Origin: an uncultured archaeon
Lineage (GTDB): Archaea; Asgardarchaeota; Lokiarchaeia; Sigyniarchaeales; SOKP01
Assembly (NCBI GenBank): GCA_964486045.1
Contig: CAZALK010000003.1
Span: forward strand, 192,001-256,000
Reading direction: 5' to 3'
DNA: 64,000 nt
Each line of letters starts with the position of its first letter. Positions within the stretch are counted from its first letter, which is position 1. The notes under the pieces are model-generated. The model searched no databases and was not told where the DNA came from. It saw only the letters and a list, made by a program, of their open reading frames with translations. Shown here piece by piece: positions 20,930 to 32,065 of the stretch. Position numbers and translations under genes: made by a program.

Positions 20930-22045
20930 TTAACTTTTCAAAAAGTCCTCCAATTTCCGTCGTGGTGAGTGCGGTGTTGACTTTGCATGCCCAATCCTAA
21001 AAAGCAATTGAGGAACACCTTTATAAGGGCTAATTATCTCCAAAAACCTTTTTTGTACTTCAACTAATTCTTCATATTCCTCCAATATCTGACTCATCAT
21101 TTGCATAGATAGATTTAGTTTTGTAGCCATCAAATGAACTCGTGCATATCTTCTGCCAATTTCTACCTGTTCTATTCGGTTATTTTCTTGAGTGAACATT
21201 ATTCCAAATGCTTTGGCTGTATGCGCGTTCTTATCAACAGAATTCAAAGTTCTCTTCTTGAATGACTCACTGAAGGCCTTGTCTCGCCCAGAAAACTTTT
21301 CTGCGAAAAACTTAACGTTTCCAGTTACACCCATATTCTCATAACTAAAACCATCTCGGTACGTGGCAACTTCATTGGCATTGAATCTAAACATTTTTGG
21401 AGTTACAGCATAAGTTCGCTCTGTATTTATTTCTATCTTAAAGGCTTCAGTCATAAGATTTGCTATCTTGCTTATTTTCTCAGCATCTGTAATAAATCTC
21501 AAAGGGTAATTTTCCACGTTATAACTTTTTTGGAGTATATTTAATTCTTCTACAGTTATTGGAGGTCCTTTGTAAGGGCGACGATTTGTAACTCTTAATG
21601 GTATCTGATTGAACAGATCATCTTTTTCAACTTTTGTTTTCGCGATTATGATCCTTGCAACAGGTGATTTTCCTGTCTTTTCGACAGGGTCAATTCCTTC
21701 AGGGAATAACTGTATACTTGGTTTATACCCAAATTCCTTGGCTGCAATGGATAGCAATTCGAGAAACGTTCCCTGACTGGCGTAAATCAGACGGTGTAAA
21801 GGGTCTGTCATCGGTAATAACCGATCTGGGTCAATGTATAGGCTGATTTCATTTGTATTTTTCAAAAGTAATTGCCATGGTTGTTTGTTAAATGGATTTG
21901 GTGCAAGAATAGCATAACTGAGCATTTTCAATCGGACATCATCATATTGAACCACTATTTTTTCAGGGTCCCATGCTTCCCTCGCCACTTGTAGTAACTT
22001 TTTAGATTTAGGTTTTTGTGTCATTTTTTTATCACAATTATACAA
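20930..22045 (-). CDS. Acg-family nitroreductase-like FMN-binding protein
   Basis: LAPNPFNKQPW, TDP, RVTNRRPY, FRIGH..TPHSPRR. Confidence 0.85.
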   Translation of the reverse strand: MYNCDKKMTQKPKSKKLLQVAREAWDPEKIVVQYDDVRLKMLSYAILAPNPFNKQPWQLLLKNTNEISLYIDPDRLLPMTDPLHRLIYASQGTFLELLSIAAKEFGYKPSIQLFPEGIDPVEKTGKSPVARIIIAKTKVEKDDLFNQIPLRVTNRRPYKGPPITVEELNILQKSYNVENYPLRFITDAEKISKIANLMTEAFKIEINTERTYAVTPKMFRFNANEVATYRDGFSYENMGVTGNVKFFAEKFSGRDKAFSESFKKRTLNSVDKNAHTAKAFGIMFTQENNRIEQVEIGRRYARVHLMATKLNLSMQMMSQILEEYEELVEVQKRFLEIISPYKGVPQLLFRIGHAKSTPHSPRRKLEDFLKS

Positions 22046-22223
22046 TATGACTTTACATTATTTAAATTCTCTACTCCATTAAATTCACTAACTTCACAAC
22101 CCTATGAATGCAAGTTTTAAGTTTATTAAAAATAAGACAGTACCAAAGGATTCAAACAATCGTAAACGGAGCTTTTTTACCTGTGTTAGTTAAATTAAAA
22201 TATTGAATATCGTCAATGAAAAG

Positions 22224-22568
22224 TCAAAAGGTTCTTCCATTCCAACCCCACATTGATCCGTTTGCATTGACAAACTCGATGTAAATTCTTTCTTTAGTGA
22301 CCCCGAATTCTTCTTCTGCAAAATCACATAATGATTTAGAAAGATCAGCTGTTTTTGATTCTGCAAGTCCAATACTCTTAAGTTCCATGAATATTGTCGG
22401 TTCGCCTACTCCTGCAAAAACCATCTTTGTTGATGGTTCAAGTGCGACCATCACAATACTTTCAGGTTTACCTAATCCCGTTGCAACAAGTTTTGAAGCT
22501 TTCTCTACTATTTCTAGTTTCTTTCCATCTTCTACATCTTGATTTGTTTGTATTTTTAGATATGGCAT
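22224..22568 (-). CDS. MIF / phenylpyruvate tautomerase family
   Basis: ATG at 22568 gives M-P-YLKIQTN (catalytic Pro1). Also GKPESIVMV and WGWNGRTF. Confidence 0.9.
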   Translation of the reverse strand: MPYLKIQTNQDVEDGKKLEIVEKASKLVATGLGKPESIVMVALEPSTKMVFAGVGEPTIFMELKSIGLAESKTADLSKSLCDFAEEEFGVTKERIYIEFVNANGSMWGWNGRTF

Positions 22569-23008
22569 AAATATTCCTCCCATTACAAATTTCTTAAAGA
22601 TTACTTAATAGAGAATAAGATAACAAAATCCCTTATAAATTTATTTTTGGATTAGAGTATTTGTAGATTTTTCGGAATATGCGAAAAGTTCATTCCAAGA
22701 TCATTCCAAGATGTTAATCGAAGTAGTTTTACCCGAAAAAGCAGGACCGATTATACGATCTTTATGCTTATTATTTTCTCGCTATGATTATAGATTACTA
22801 ACAAATTTAAATATATACCCCGATAAATACTTATAATTTTTTTTGAGTTCACTATCTGTTGACCATCCCACATTTCTCTTTTTGATGTGGTTTTTCCTAT
22901 GTCGGATATTTTTATTAAAGTTATTAAAGTTATTCTTATTGTTGGCTTGGAGTTAATATGTATTATTTGAATTAGCTATCATAAGTAAAGATAATTGAAG
23001 ATTAATGT

Positions 23009-23251
23009 GAAAAATACGGACCACCGGATGTTCTTCAGCTCAAAGAGGTAGAAAAACCTACTCCCAAGGACAATGAAGTACTAATAAGAATATATGCGAC
23101 AACAGTAACAGCAGGGGACTGTGAGATACGAAGTCTCAAATTGTGTCTCTTGTTAAGGTTCTTTATGCGATTAGGATTTGGTTTCAGAGGACCAAGAAAA
23201 GAATTTTCTATACTAGGGCAGGAGTTAGCCGGGGAAATTCGCGATACATAG
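23009..23251 (+). pseudogene. fragment of zinc-type NAD(P)-dependent alcohol dehydrogenase/quinone reductase
   Basis: [38 protein letters not shown]...[10 protein letters not shown] then stop; no start codon. Confidence 0.8.
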
Positions 23252-23859
23252 CTTATTAAAAAAAAATTTTTCCTATTTATTCAAATTATTCCTCCAAGGG
23301 TTGCAATATTTATTCAAAGATATGAGTGATAATTCTGGTCAAGATAATGATAAATTGTAGAAAATGTGGTAAAGAGATAAGGTTGGAGCTTTCGGATTCA
23401 AGGGCACTTTGTAAGCAGTGTCGAAAAACTACGATAGTACTTGAAAAAAAAAATGGAAATACTTAGGCCATCTTTATTAGGAAACCGAAAATTTTAAACG
23501 TTCAATAAAGGCATATAAGCGTGTGGTAAAGCTTGATGCTAATGATTTCGAAGGGCGGTTTTTATTAGCCACTCAATCAATTAAGATTCAATTTCTCGAT
23601 GGGAGAAGAATTGGTTGGTGTATAAAGTTTATAAAAATTTTCATCAAATATGACGAAGTTAGAAAGTCCAGTTGAAAGAGTTAGGATTGGAATAGTAAAC
23701 AGAAAGCTAATACCAACGAAAACTATTATATAAATTAGGATGATCCTTTTATTCACCATCTTTAGATCAATACAGATCGAATTGAGAATCTTATAATTAT
23801 TTAGATAAGAGAAAATAATATTTAAATTAAATCCTAAGGAATAAAATCCTATTGCTCGA

Positions 23860-24156
23860 TTAAAAAAATTCTTTTAAATTCTCATAACCTTCAACCAAAT
23901 CTTCTTTACTTATTTTAGATTTGATTCCTAAATCCATTATTAAATCCATAAATTCTGATAATGGAAGATTTGCAAGATAAGATGCTTTTCCAATGGAATA
24001 TTCTCCTTTTGCATATCCTTTTATAGCTAAATATACACTACCGTTATTAATTAAATTCCTTATTATATCTGATTGTTCTTCTTTTTTTTCTTCTGAATAT
24101 CTTTTAATAATTTCTTCTAAATTGTCATTAATTCTTACAGATATGACCTTACCCAT
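23860..24156 (-). CDS. UPF0175-like antitoxin with N-terminal RHH
   Basis: VISVRI RHH strand; YAKGEYSIGKASYLANL HTH. Confidence 0.8.
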   Translation of the reverse strand: MGKVISVRINDNLEEIIKRYSEEKKEEQSDIIRNLINNGSVYLAIKGYAKGEYSIGKASYLANLPLSEFMDLIMDLGIKSKISKEDLVEGYENLKEFF

Positions 24157-24159
24157 TTT

Positions 24160-24678
24160 TTAGACCTTCAAATTCTCTATTCTATTTTTAAACTCTAAGA
24201 TTAAATCTTCTTTATACCATCCAAACTCTTGTAATTCTTCATATTTTGCGATTGACTTATTTTTTGAAAGTTTATTCTTTGAATAACATAGAAAAATAAA
24301 CAAAGGAGTTGTAAAATATTTAATATTAAGAATTTTACACACTTTTAACGTTTTATAATCATCAGTTCCTAAGAACATTGCTTTTTTTTCTAAATATAAA
24401 ATTAAAGCTTCTGATTCACCTTCATGTAGATTAAAATTTCTCATAAGGTTCGCTTTTTCGGTTAAATCTTTTATTTCTTTGACCAATATTTTTTGATCAT
24501 TAATTCTCTTTTCTATTAAAAATGCGTCTATTTTTTTTAATTTTTTACCTTGGTCAACAGATTCTATAAAGACACTATGTGGTATCATAATATTTTCAAA
24601 TATTTCAATTAACAAATCAAGCAACTCGAGTTTTGATATTAACACTAAAAATGAAGAATCGCAAATAACAATGGTCAT
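24160..24678 (-). CDS. PIN-domain (DUF3368/VapC-like) toxin
   Basis: ICDSSFL, LHEGESEAL, GTDD. Confidence 0.85.
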   Translation of the reverse strand: MTIVICDSSFLVLISKLELLDLLIEIFENIMIPHSVFIESVDQGKKLKKIDAFLIEKRINDQKILVKEIKDLTEKANLMRNFNLHEGESEALILYLEKKAMFLGTDDYKTLKVCKILNIKYFTTPLFIFLCYSKNKLSKNKSIAKYEELQEFGWYKEDLILEFKNRIENLKV

Positions 24679-24825
24679 CTATTAATTTAAAACTAGTTTA
24701 CATTTTTAAATTTTTGTATACAATTCTTAATTACATTTTCTACGAAAAGCAAATTTAATCTTTGCCAACAAAGTTAACTTTTTAAATACAAAGAATTAAA
24801 ACCTAAGTATACCCACAATTTCTGG

Positions 24826-25710
24826 ATGTTAAAGTTTCGAATTAATGACTACCTTGAGCTTAGATTTGAGGATAGTAAAACGAATATCTATGTAGATAAT
24901 GAGTTATTCATCCAGTGTAAATATTTACTATTGAATTTCTCAACTAATAATTGTGGAGATTATGAGGATATTCATTCGATTGATGAGGCAATTGAAACAT
25001 TAGACAAATCATTTGAATTTTCCAAAACGGAAAGAAACTCAATCCCTCCAAAGGTTCAATTTTGGGGGCATTGTTCTAATTTACAGGCATGGTGTGAGAA
25101 TCAATATAACTCATCTTTAATCCATAGCAATTTAGCTTTTCCTCTGCTTAGAAAACTTGCCGAAGCAGGGAATTTCCTAGCAATTAAGGTATTTAAAGAA
25201 GAAATCGCAAAAAGGTTCGAGTCTGGATATATACCCACAGTGACATTTCTTCTCTATAATGGATATTTAAACTGTTTAGATAAAGAAGAACTTAATTGTG
25301 TTTTTGCTCAATCAGCTTCTAAGCTTATTCAAAAAATAATTAAGGAATTAAGTAGATTTATGGTTTCGTACTTTGAAAATTATAAAAGGATTAAAGAGTT
25401 AATTGATTTAGTCTTGTTTATTGATTTAAAGTTTAATCAAAATTTCCTAATTGATATAGTCAAACATATGCCTCAAGAGTCAAGAGTAGCCTTTACTAAA
25501 TTTGCAATACTACATATGAATTATAAAGAATTTGTAGGATATACGATTCCATTTGGAAAATATTATATATATTTTGAGCAAATGATTGATTTTCTATATG
25601 AATATTATACTCACTTTGGTGATATGCTTAAATTGCTCGATTCTGGCTTTTATAATTCCCCGCTTTCTTTAGATGAAAAACTCTCATTTGGTTCAGTTTC
25701 ATATGAATGA
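24826..25710 (+). CDS. Lokiarchaeia-expanded hypothetical family protein
   Basis: FRINDYLELR...QCKYLLLN, FWGHCSNLQAW, HSNLAFPLLRKL, FKEEIAKRF signature. Confidence 0.75.
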   Translation: MLKFRINDYLELRFEDSKTNIYVDNELFIQCKYLLLNFSTNNCGDYEDIHSIDEAIETLDKSFEFSKTERNSIPPKVQFWGHCSNLQAWCENQYNSSLIHSNLAFPLLRKLAEAGNFLAIKVFKEEIAKRFESGYIPTVTFLLYNGYLNCLDKEELNCVFAQSASKLIQKIIKELSRFMVSYFENYKRIKELIDLVLFIDLKFNQNFLIDIVKHMPQESRVAFTKFAILHMNYKEFVGYTIPFGKYYIYFEQMIDFLYEYYTHFGDMLKLLDSGFYNSPLSLDEKLSFGSVSYE

Positions 25711-25922
25711 ATTGATGAAAATAATAATTAATAATTATATGCAAAATGCTATAAAGAGATTAGAAAATCTCAAAAATTAGAAATGTTATGATAAGATTAA
25801 AAATAAAATCTCTTCTCTATAATTATTAATAATAATTTTTCCGTTTTCCTAACTCATCTATTAAAAAAATTCGTCTTCTACTTCATTTTTCTTTGATTTT
25901 GACATTAGTCTCAACTTCTTTT

Positions 25923-28900
25923 TTAATTATATTTATCTAAATACGTTTCAATCATGGATATAATTTGATCAAAATCGTAATGCTTTACTGCTATTGCTCC
26001 ATTTGGGCAAGTTGCTGCACAAGTGCCACATCCTTTACACAGTGCAGGATGAATAAAAGACTTTTTTACAACTAAGCTAACCTCTTCATAATCTTGTGTA
26101 GTCTCAATAAGTTCTATTGCGTTATAGGGGCAAATCTCGACACACTTACCACATCCAATGCACACGTCAGGATTTGATTCAGCTACAATTCCGGAAGTCG
26201 TAATTTGCTTCGCACTTAAAAAGCGACTTGCCCTTCCAGCAGCTCCATTAGCTTGAGCTATTGAATCTTGTATATTCTTGGGCCACTGTGCACATCCACA
26301 GAGAAAAATTCCTTCCGTAGCAAAATCTAAAGGTCTTAATTTAACATGAGCTTCTAAAAAGAATCCATTTCTATCTAAGGGTACTTTCAGTTTTTTTGCC
26401 AATTCTCCTAAATTATCTGCGGGAACTATCGGTGTTGATAACACAATCAAATCTGTATCAAACTCAATAGATTCTTGTAAATTTGTATCAAATACTTTTA
26501 TTCCATATTTTTCTGGGTTACTACTTTTCACAGTAACTTCTGGGATACTATCTAAATCATATCTCAAAAACATTGCATCTTTTCTCCGATCACGATAATA
26601 TTCCTCGTATTTCTTTTTAGCCATTTGAAGATCTCTGTAAAGCACAACTATTTCAAGCTCAGGTTTTATTTCTCTTAAAAAACTTATATTTTTAATGGCA
26701 TTACCGCAGCAGGTGTTAGAACAGTAAGTTAAACCTTTTCCTTCATTTTGCCGTGCATTCACACACAAAATTGTGGTTACTCGATTAATATTCTCAAGCC
26801 AGGTTTTTGCTCCATTCTTTAATTTTTGTTCTAACTCTAATTGAGTTATTACATTTTTATTATTTTTACCATATTGAAAAAGGCCTTTAGGTTTAAATTC
26901 TTGGCCTCCTGTAGCAACAATAATAGTTCCAATTGTGAGATCATGCTCTTTTTCCGAGTTTGTAACAGTAATCTTATAATTGCCAATGTAACCTTTAACA
27001 TTCTTCGCTTCAGATTCAAGGAAAACTTTAATATTTTTATTCTTGTGAACTAGATCTTTAGTTTTTTCAAGAAGAATTGAAGCATCTTCATGAATAGGAT
27101 AAAGTTTGTTTAAATAGTTTAGATTACCTCCTAAGAACTTCTCCTTCTCAACAATATAGGTTTGAAATCCTTGATTCGCTAAATTCAATGCGGCAGTTAA
27201 TCCTGAGATCCCCCCACCAATTATTAATGCGGTTGGGGTAATTTCTAATAATTCTTCTTTTAAAGGTTTCAATAGCCTTGATTTAGCAACGGCCATTTCA
27301 ATTAGATCTTTCGCCTTGGCTGTAGCAGCTTCGAACTCTTTCATATGGACCCAAGAACACTGATCGCGAATATTAACCATCTCAAATAAATATTTATTTA
27401 AACCGATTTCCTCGCAAGTTTCTTGAAAAAGAGACTCATGTGTTCTTGGAGTACATGAAGCAACAATGAATCTGTTCAATTTATGTTCTTTAATTAATTC
27501 CTTAATTTTTACTTGAGAATCAGAACTACAAGAATATAAATTATCTTCGCAATGAACTACGTTAGGAAGTGTTCGGATATATTCCGCTACGTTAGGGACA
27601 TTTACATATTTTCCAATATTAATACCACACCAACAAATTAAAACGCCAATTCGAGGTTTATCTGTAATTTTTACTTCTTTTTCAACCTCTTCCACTACTT
27701 TTTCATTCATTTGAGTGAATTTAACAGTATTCAATAGCATAGCTACTTGAGATGCTACTCCGCTAGCATCAGAAACGGTTTCTGGAATGTCCATTGGACC
27801 TTGACAGAATCCACATAAAAATATTCCCTCTTTTGACGATATTGCTTTATCATAATATGATTTTTCTTTGAAGAACTGATAATTATCCAGTTCTAAATCT
27901 AATATTGATGCTAATTCTTTAGTCCCTTTTGAAGGCACTAATGGTGTGGCTAAGACAACGAGATTTGCCTTGAATTTACTAAATTTTCCCGTTTTCAGAT
28001 TTTCATAACGAATAATCAAATCATTTGTTTCAACATCTTCATCAATTTTACTAATTTTTGTCTGGAAATATTTTACTCCATACTCACTTTGTGCTCTTTG
28101 AGTAAATTCATAGAAGTTTTTACCATATGCCCTGATATCGTGCCTAAAAACATAACAATTAGAATGTTCAGAATGTTCTTTTGTAACAATTGCCTCTTTA
28201 GCTGTATACATACAACAAACTGAGGAGCAATATGGGACATTTTCATGTAAATCTCGCGAACCCGCACATTGAATAAAAGCGATATTTTCGGGTTCTTTTT
28301 CATCACTCGGTCTTAATACTTGACCTCCAAATGGTCCAGAAGCAGATAGAATTCTTTCATATTCAAGGGCACTCACAACATTTTTAAATTTATAACCCCA
28401 TCTAGATGATAATTCTTCACCTAGCATATCAAATCCAGTTGCTACTACAATGGCTCCAACATTTAATTTAATTTCTTGAGGTTTTTGCTCATAATTAATT
28501 GCCTTTGGTTCACACACCTTCTCACAAACCCCACAAACACCCTTCGTAAGCTTTAGACAAAGCTCAGGGTCAATTAAATAGACTGGAGGAACCGCTTGAG
28601 GAAAAGGGATATAGACAGATTTTCTTTTACCCAAGTTCATGTCGAAGATATTCCCAACCTCAATTTTGGGGCATTTTGTGGCACAGTCACCGCATGCCTT
28701 ACATTTATCCTCTTCGATAAACCTAGGTTTCTTTAAGACGGTAACATTAAAGTTTCCGGATTTTCCAGAAATTTCTTTAACTTCGTGATAAGTCATCAAT
28801 TTGATGTTAGGATTCCTATAGACTTCAACCATTTTTGGTGCTAAAATACAGAGGGAACAATCATTTGTCGGAAAAGTTTTATCAAGTTGAGACATTCTAC

Positions 28901-29015
28901 CTCCAATTGAAGGATCTCTTTCAACTAAATAGACCTTGAATCCTAATTCAGTTAGATCCAGTGATGTCTGGATTCCAGCAATTCCTGCGCCAATGACCAA
29001 AACTGAACCTTCCAT
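25923..29015 (-). CDS. hdrA: HdrA-like polyferredoxin flavoprotein (permuted, double FAD, Cys form)
   Basis: FPTNDCSLC, QCAGSRD, YCSSVCC, internal ICWCG / YSCS / ASCTPRTHE / NIRDQCSWVH domain. Confidence 0.95.
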   Translation of the reverse strand: MEGSVLVIGAGIAGIQTSLDLTELGFKVYLVERDPSIGGRMSQLDKTFPTNDCSLCILAPKMVEVYRNPNIKLMTYHEVKEISGKSGNFNVTVLKKPRFIEEDKCKACGDCATKCPKIEVGNIFDMNLGKRKSVYIPFPQAVPPVYLIDPELCLKLTKGVCGVCEKVCEPKAINYEQKPQEIKLNVGAIVVATGFDMLGEELSSRWGYKFKNVVSALEYERILSASGPFGGQVLRPSDEKEPENIAFIQCAGSRDLHENVPYCSSVCCMYTAKEAIVTKEHSEHSNCYVFRHDIRAYGKNFYEFTQRAQSEYGVKYFQTKISKIDEDVETNDLIIRYENLKTGKFSKFKANLVVLATPLVPSKGTKELASILDLELDNYQFFKEKSYYDKAISSKEGIFLCGFCQGPMDIPETVSDASGVASQVAMLLNTVKFTQMNEKVVEEVEKEVKITDKPRIGVLICWCGINIGKYVNVPNVAEYIRTLPNVVHCEDNLYSCSSDSQVKIKELIKEHKLNRFIVASCTPRTHESLFQETCEEIGLNKYLFEMVNIRDQCSWVHMKEFEAATAKAKDLIEMAVAKSRLLKPLKEELLEITPTALIIGGGISGLTAALNLANQGFQTYIVEKEKFLGGNLNYLNKLYPIHEDASILLEKTKDLVHKNKNIKVFLESEAKNVKGYIGNYKITVTNSEKEHDLTIGTIIVATGGQEFKPKGLFQYGKNNKNVITQLELEQKLKNGAKTWLENINRVTTILCVNARQNEGKGLTYCSNTCCGNAIKNISFLREIKPELEIVVLYRDLQMAKKKYEEYYRDRRKDAMFLRYDLDSIPEVTVKSSNPEKYGIKVFDTNLQESIEFDTDLIVLSTPIVPADNLGELAKKLKVPLDRNGFFLEAHVKLRPLDFATEGIFLCGCAQWPKNIQDSIAQANGAAGRASRFLSAKQITTSGIVAESNPDVCIGCGKCVEICPYNAIELIETTQDYEEVSLVVKKSFIHPALCKGCGTCAATCPNGAIAVKHYDFDQIISMIETYLDKYN

Positions 29016-30295
29016 TAATCTTTTGCTCCTTGATTTTCCTTAACATTGACTAAGTTTATTAAGTCTGCGATAAACTCTGAAAAATCTAAAATCTGAACCG
29101 AAGCAAGATCCTCATAATCCTCTTGAAGACACTGCAAATGAATTCGACATTTAGGACAAGAGGTTACCATTATCGTTCCTGCTGCTTTTGCTTCTATTAC
29201 ACGTTTGTATCGTAACGCCTTAGATTTTTCATTACAATTCATCCAAGAATTAACACCACAGCATAACGCATCTTTTTTATTGTGAGCCATTTCATTAAAT
29301 TCGTAGCCCTGATCTTTTAACTGGTCAAAAATCTCTCTTACTTGTTCCATTATCATATCGTCTTTTGATAAAAACCTACTTAATCTGCACGGATCATGAT
29401 ATGTAAATTTAATTTTTTCTTCTTCTTGATTTGGATTCTTGAACTCAATTTTTCCTTGCTTCCAACTATCATAGATATACTCAATAATATGGACGACTTT
29501 GAATTTTTTATTGAAATCATCGAAAAGATTTTGATAGTCAATTTTAAAAGTTCTATAACACTCCGCGCATGCTGTAACGATTGTAGTTATTCCTGAGCTT
29601 TCGAAAGCTTTCACATTCTTTTCTGCTAATCTTATAAATGTTTCTAAGTCGCCTTGACCCCAATATAAATCGTGTCCACAACAAATTTCATCCTTCTTAA
29701 CGACAATTGGTTCCTTCTCGATTAGGCATAATAATTTTAATGTATTTTCCGAAATTGAATCTAAATTCTCAAATTCAAATTTAAAATAAGGTAAGCATCC
29801 AACATAATATAAAATATCCCCTTTATCGGAAGTTTTGCATTCTTTTGGTATCCAATCAAGGTTTCTCTTTGGAGTGATGCTTGATTGACTCATAATCTCC
29901 GATATTGTAGTATATATTCCCTTATGAGCAATATAATCATCAACATTATGAGTACGTAATTTTCTCATTTTATATTTCGCGACTCGTGCTAAATCTGCAA
30001 AACTAATATCCTCCGGACAATAAGTCATGCATGTGTTACAAGTCAAACAATCCCATAAAACACCACTCTCAAGGACTTTATCTTCAAATCCTTCAAAAAT
30101 CAATTGAATAATCTTACTTGGTGTGTATTTTTGTACTTTTGAAATCTGGCACACCCCAGAGCACCGTCCACATTGGTAACAGCGCTTTATCATGTTACGC
30201 AGATCTTCTTCATAGATCCTCCTTAGATAATAATCAGTTTTCTCTATTCCCTTCTCCGAGGCATTTTGTGGCTTCTTTCCTATCATTATTCCCAC
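29015..30295 (-). CDS. HdrD/GlpC-like Fe-S oxidoreductase (ferredoxin + two CCG domains)
   Basis: CYQCGRCSGVC, CLTCNTCMTYCP, CCG, TYHDPC, CCG, SCPKC. Translationally coupled to hdrA. Confidence 0.9.
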   Translation of the reverse strand: MGIMIGKKPQNASEKGIEKTDYYLRRIYEEDLRNMIKRCYQCGRCSGVCQISKVQKYTPSKIIQLIFEGFEDKVLESGVLWDCLTCNTCMTYCPEDISFADLARVAKYKMRKLRTHNVDDYIAHKGIYTTISEIMSQSSITPKRNLDWIPKECKTSDKGDILYYVGCLPYFKFEFENLDSISENTLKLLCLIEKEPIVVKKDEICCGHDLYWGQGDLETFIRLAEKNVKAFESSGITTIVTACAECYRTFKIDYQNLFDDFNKKFKVVHIIEYIYDSWKQGKIEFKNPNQEEEKIKFTYHDPCRLSRFLSKDDMIMEQVREIFDQLKDQGYEFNEMAHNKKDALCCGVNSWMNCNEKSKALRYKRVIEAKAAGTIMVTSCPKCRIHLQCLQEDYEDLASVQILDFSEFIADLINLVNVKENQGAKD

Positions 30296-30344
30296 TTCTT
30301 TATTTTAAAATTTTAAACAAGATTAGTGATTCTTAATCTTTTTT

Positions 30345-30560
30345 CTTATCCATCTTAATATAAACTCAATGATTTACTATATTAATGGACTATATTATAT
30401 TAAGAAAATGGTTAATCAAAAAAAAGTTTTTCAAATACAAGCTTATTTATTATTATTTTGTCTTATTCCACAAGCTGAAATTAAATACTAATTTAAAGCC
30501 GAAACATTAATACCTTAAAACAAAAACCTCTAAGTTCACATATCAATGCATTTATCCTAA
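30345..30560. repeat. dispersed non-coding element, copy 1 of 3
   Basis: Shares tatatta(a/g)tggac and tatattatattaagaaaat(g/a)gttaatcaaaaaaaag with 34235-34470 and 36747-36960. Confidence 0.8.
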
Positions 30561-30596
30561 AAGGGCAGGAAACGGTAGTAATCCTTCAAAGTCTAA

Positions 30597-30962
30597 TCAT
30601 ATGACACACTCACATAACTCACTGAGCTCTAACTCTCCGCCGCAATCAACACAATACCACTCCTTAAACTTAAGATTGTATGACATGTCTTTATTAGCGG
30701 AATGACACATTCGACAAAAACAAATTGATTTCCTCATAAAAAACATATATTTTCTTAATTCAACGTCCAACTTACTAACTTCCCCTTTCTCCATAACTGT
30801 CAGTAATCGGAGACTTCCGTCTTTATTAATTTGAAGCTTCCTCATTCGAGCTGAAATCTTTTCCTCACGATCCACGCATTCGAGTATTAAGATTTTACGT
30901 AAGTTGTCCCGAATCTTCCTTAACTTAGGATCCTTTATAATTATAGTTTTTGCTCTCTTCAT
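30597..30962 (-). CDS. hypothetical protein with C-terminal zinc finger
   Basis: CFCRMC...WYCVDC. Confidence 0.65.
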   Translation of the reverse strand: MKRAKTIIIKDPKLRKIRDNLRKILILECVDREEKISARMRKLQINKDGSLRLLTVMEKGEVSKLDVELRKYMFFMRKSICFCRMCHSANKDMSYNLKFKEWYCVDCGGELELSELCECVI

Positions 30963-30999
30963 TATACTATAAATGGTAAAAAAAATATTTAAATCTAGT

Positions 31000-32065
31000 C
31001 TAAATCTTGAAATATCGTTTCAAAAGGTCAGTATCAGCGTCTGTGAATAGATAGGAAAAGTCGTAATCATCCATGAGTAAGAGAAAAGAGTTGATAGTTT
31101 CTTTTGTATGAGACCAAAACCTCCTTAAGACAGGATTACTTCCGTCATTAAAACTAAATCTGTTACTTAAAAATTCAATAAATTTACCCTCTTGTATCAA
31201 TTGTCTATCTATATTCCAATCGGCTAATAACCTTAGGATCTGCATTTGGTGCATTTCCTCTAAGAATGGGGAGGATCATTATTCCATCTTCAGGTGTGAT
31301 GACAAAGTTTTCATTATCAACCCTTCTTCCATTTACTAAGACACCAATCCTATCGTTTCCGTAAAGATTGGCTTCAGTTAACATTTCTTTAATCGTCATC
31401 TCTCTCTTAGGGTGATACTCCTCAAATTCTCCTGTCGATTTAATGCTTTCCCTGAGCTCTTGAGACCATTTAGGCATTCTCTCTGTGGACTTAACATTGT
31501 CTTGAGTATTTCTGAAATCATTTCGTATAATATTTGAGGGGGAGTCCTGAGAGACAGTCTTGAGTGGCTGAAACGTATTAAGTTTCTTGGCAATTTCATC
31601 ACGTGATTGGATGTCTGTAGAACTCTTTTGAGGGTTTATAGAAGTGAGAACATTTACTAAAGGCGGACTTTGTGAGTCTTCGAATCCGTTATTAACATCC
31701 ACTTTTTTAACATCTAAATCTGAGGGTCTCTTTAAATAAGCCTTCAATCCCTTCCATTTAAATCGGGAGTTTTTTCCACTAAGTTTCTCCATCATCTTTT
31801 TCTTAAAAGCATTCACCTTAGTGTTAAACTCGGTAAAGCTTTCAAGAGCAAGGTCGAGTGAACCTTTGCCAATAGTTGTGAGCCCTTTCAGTGTCATAAA
31901 GCTGAATTTACCCATTAAGATGGAAGGAATAACCATAAAGATTCCCTTTAAGAACCCAGATTTGAGTAGTTTTGTCCATGTGCTTTTTTGTTCCGCATCT
32001 TTTTGTTGTTGTTCTTGTTGTTTTTGTAGGACTTTGTCGATTCTTTCTCCAAATTTGGCAATATC
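31000..32065 (-). pseudogene. 5'-truncated remnant of a larger protein containing a ThiS/MoaD-like ubiquitin-fold domain
   Basis: The frame of ORF 31205-31936 stays open to about 32065, the edge of the duplication. C-terminal GVLVNGRRV...PEDGIMILPILRG. Overlapping ORF 31000-31254 may be a frameshifted continuation. Confidence 0.5.
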
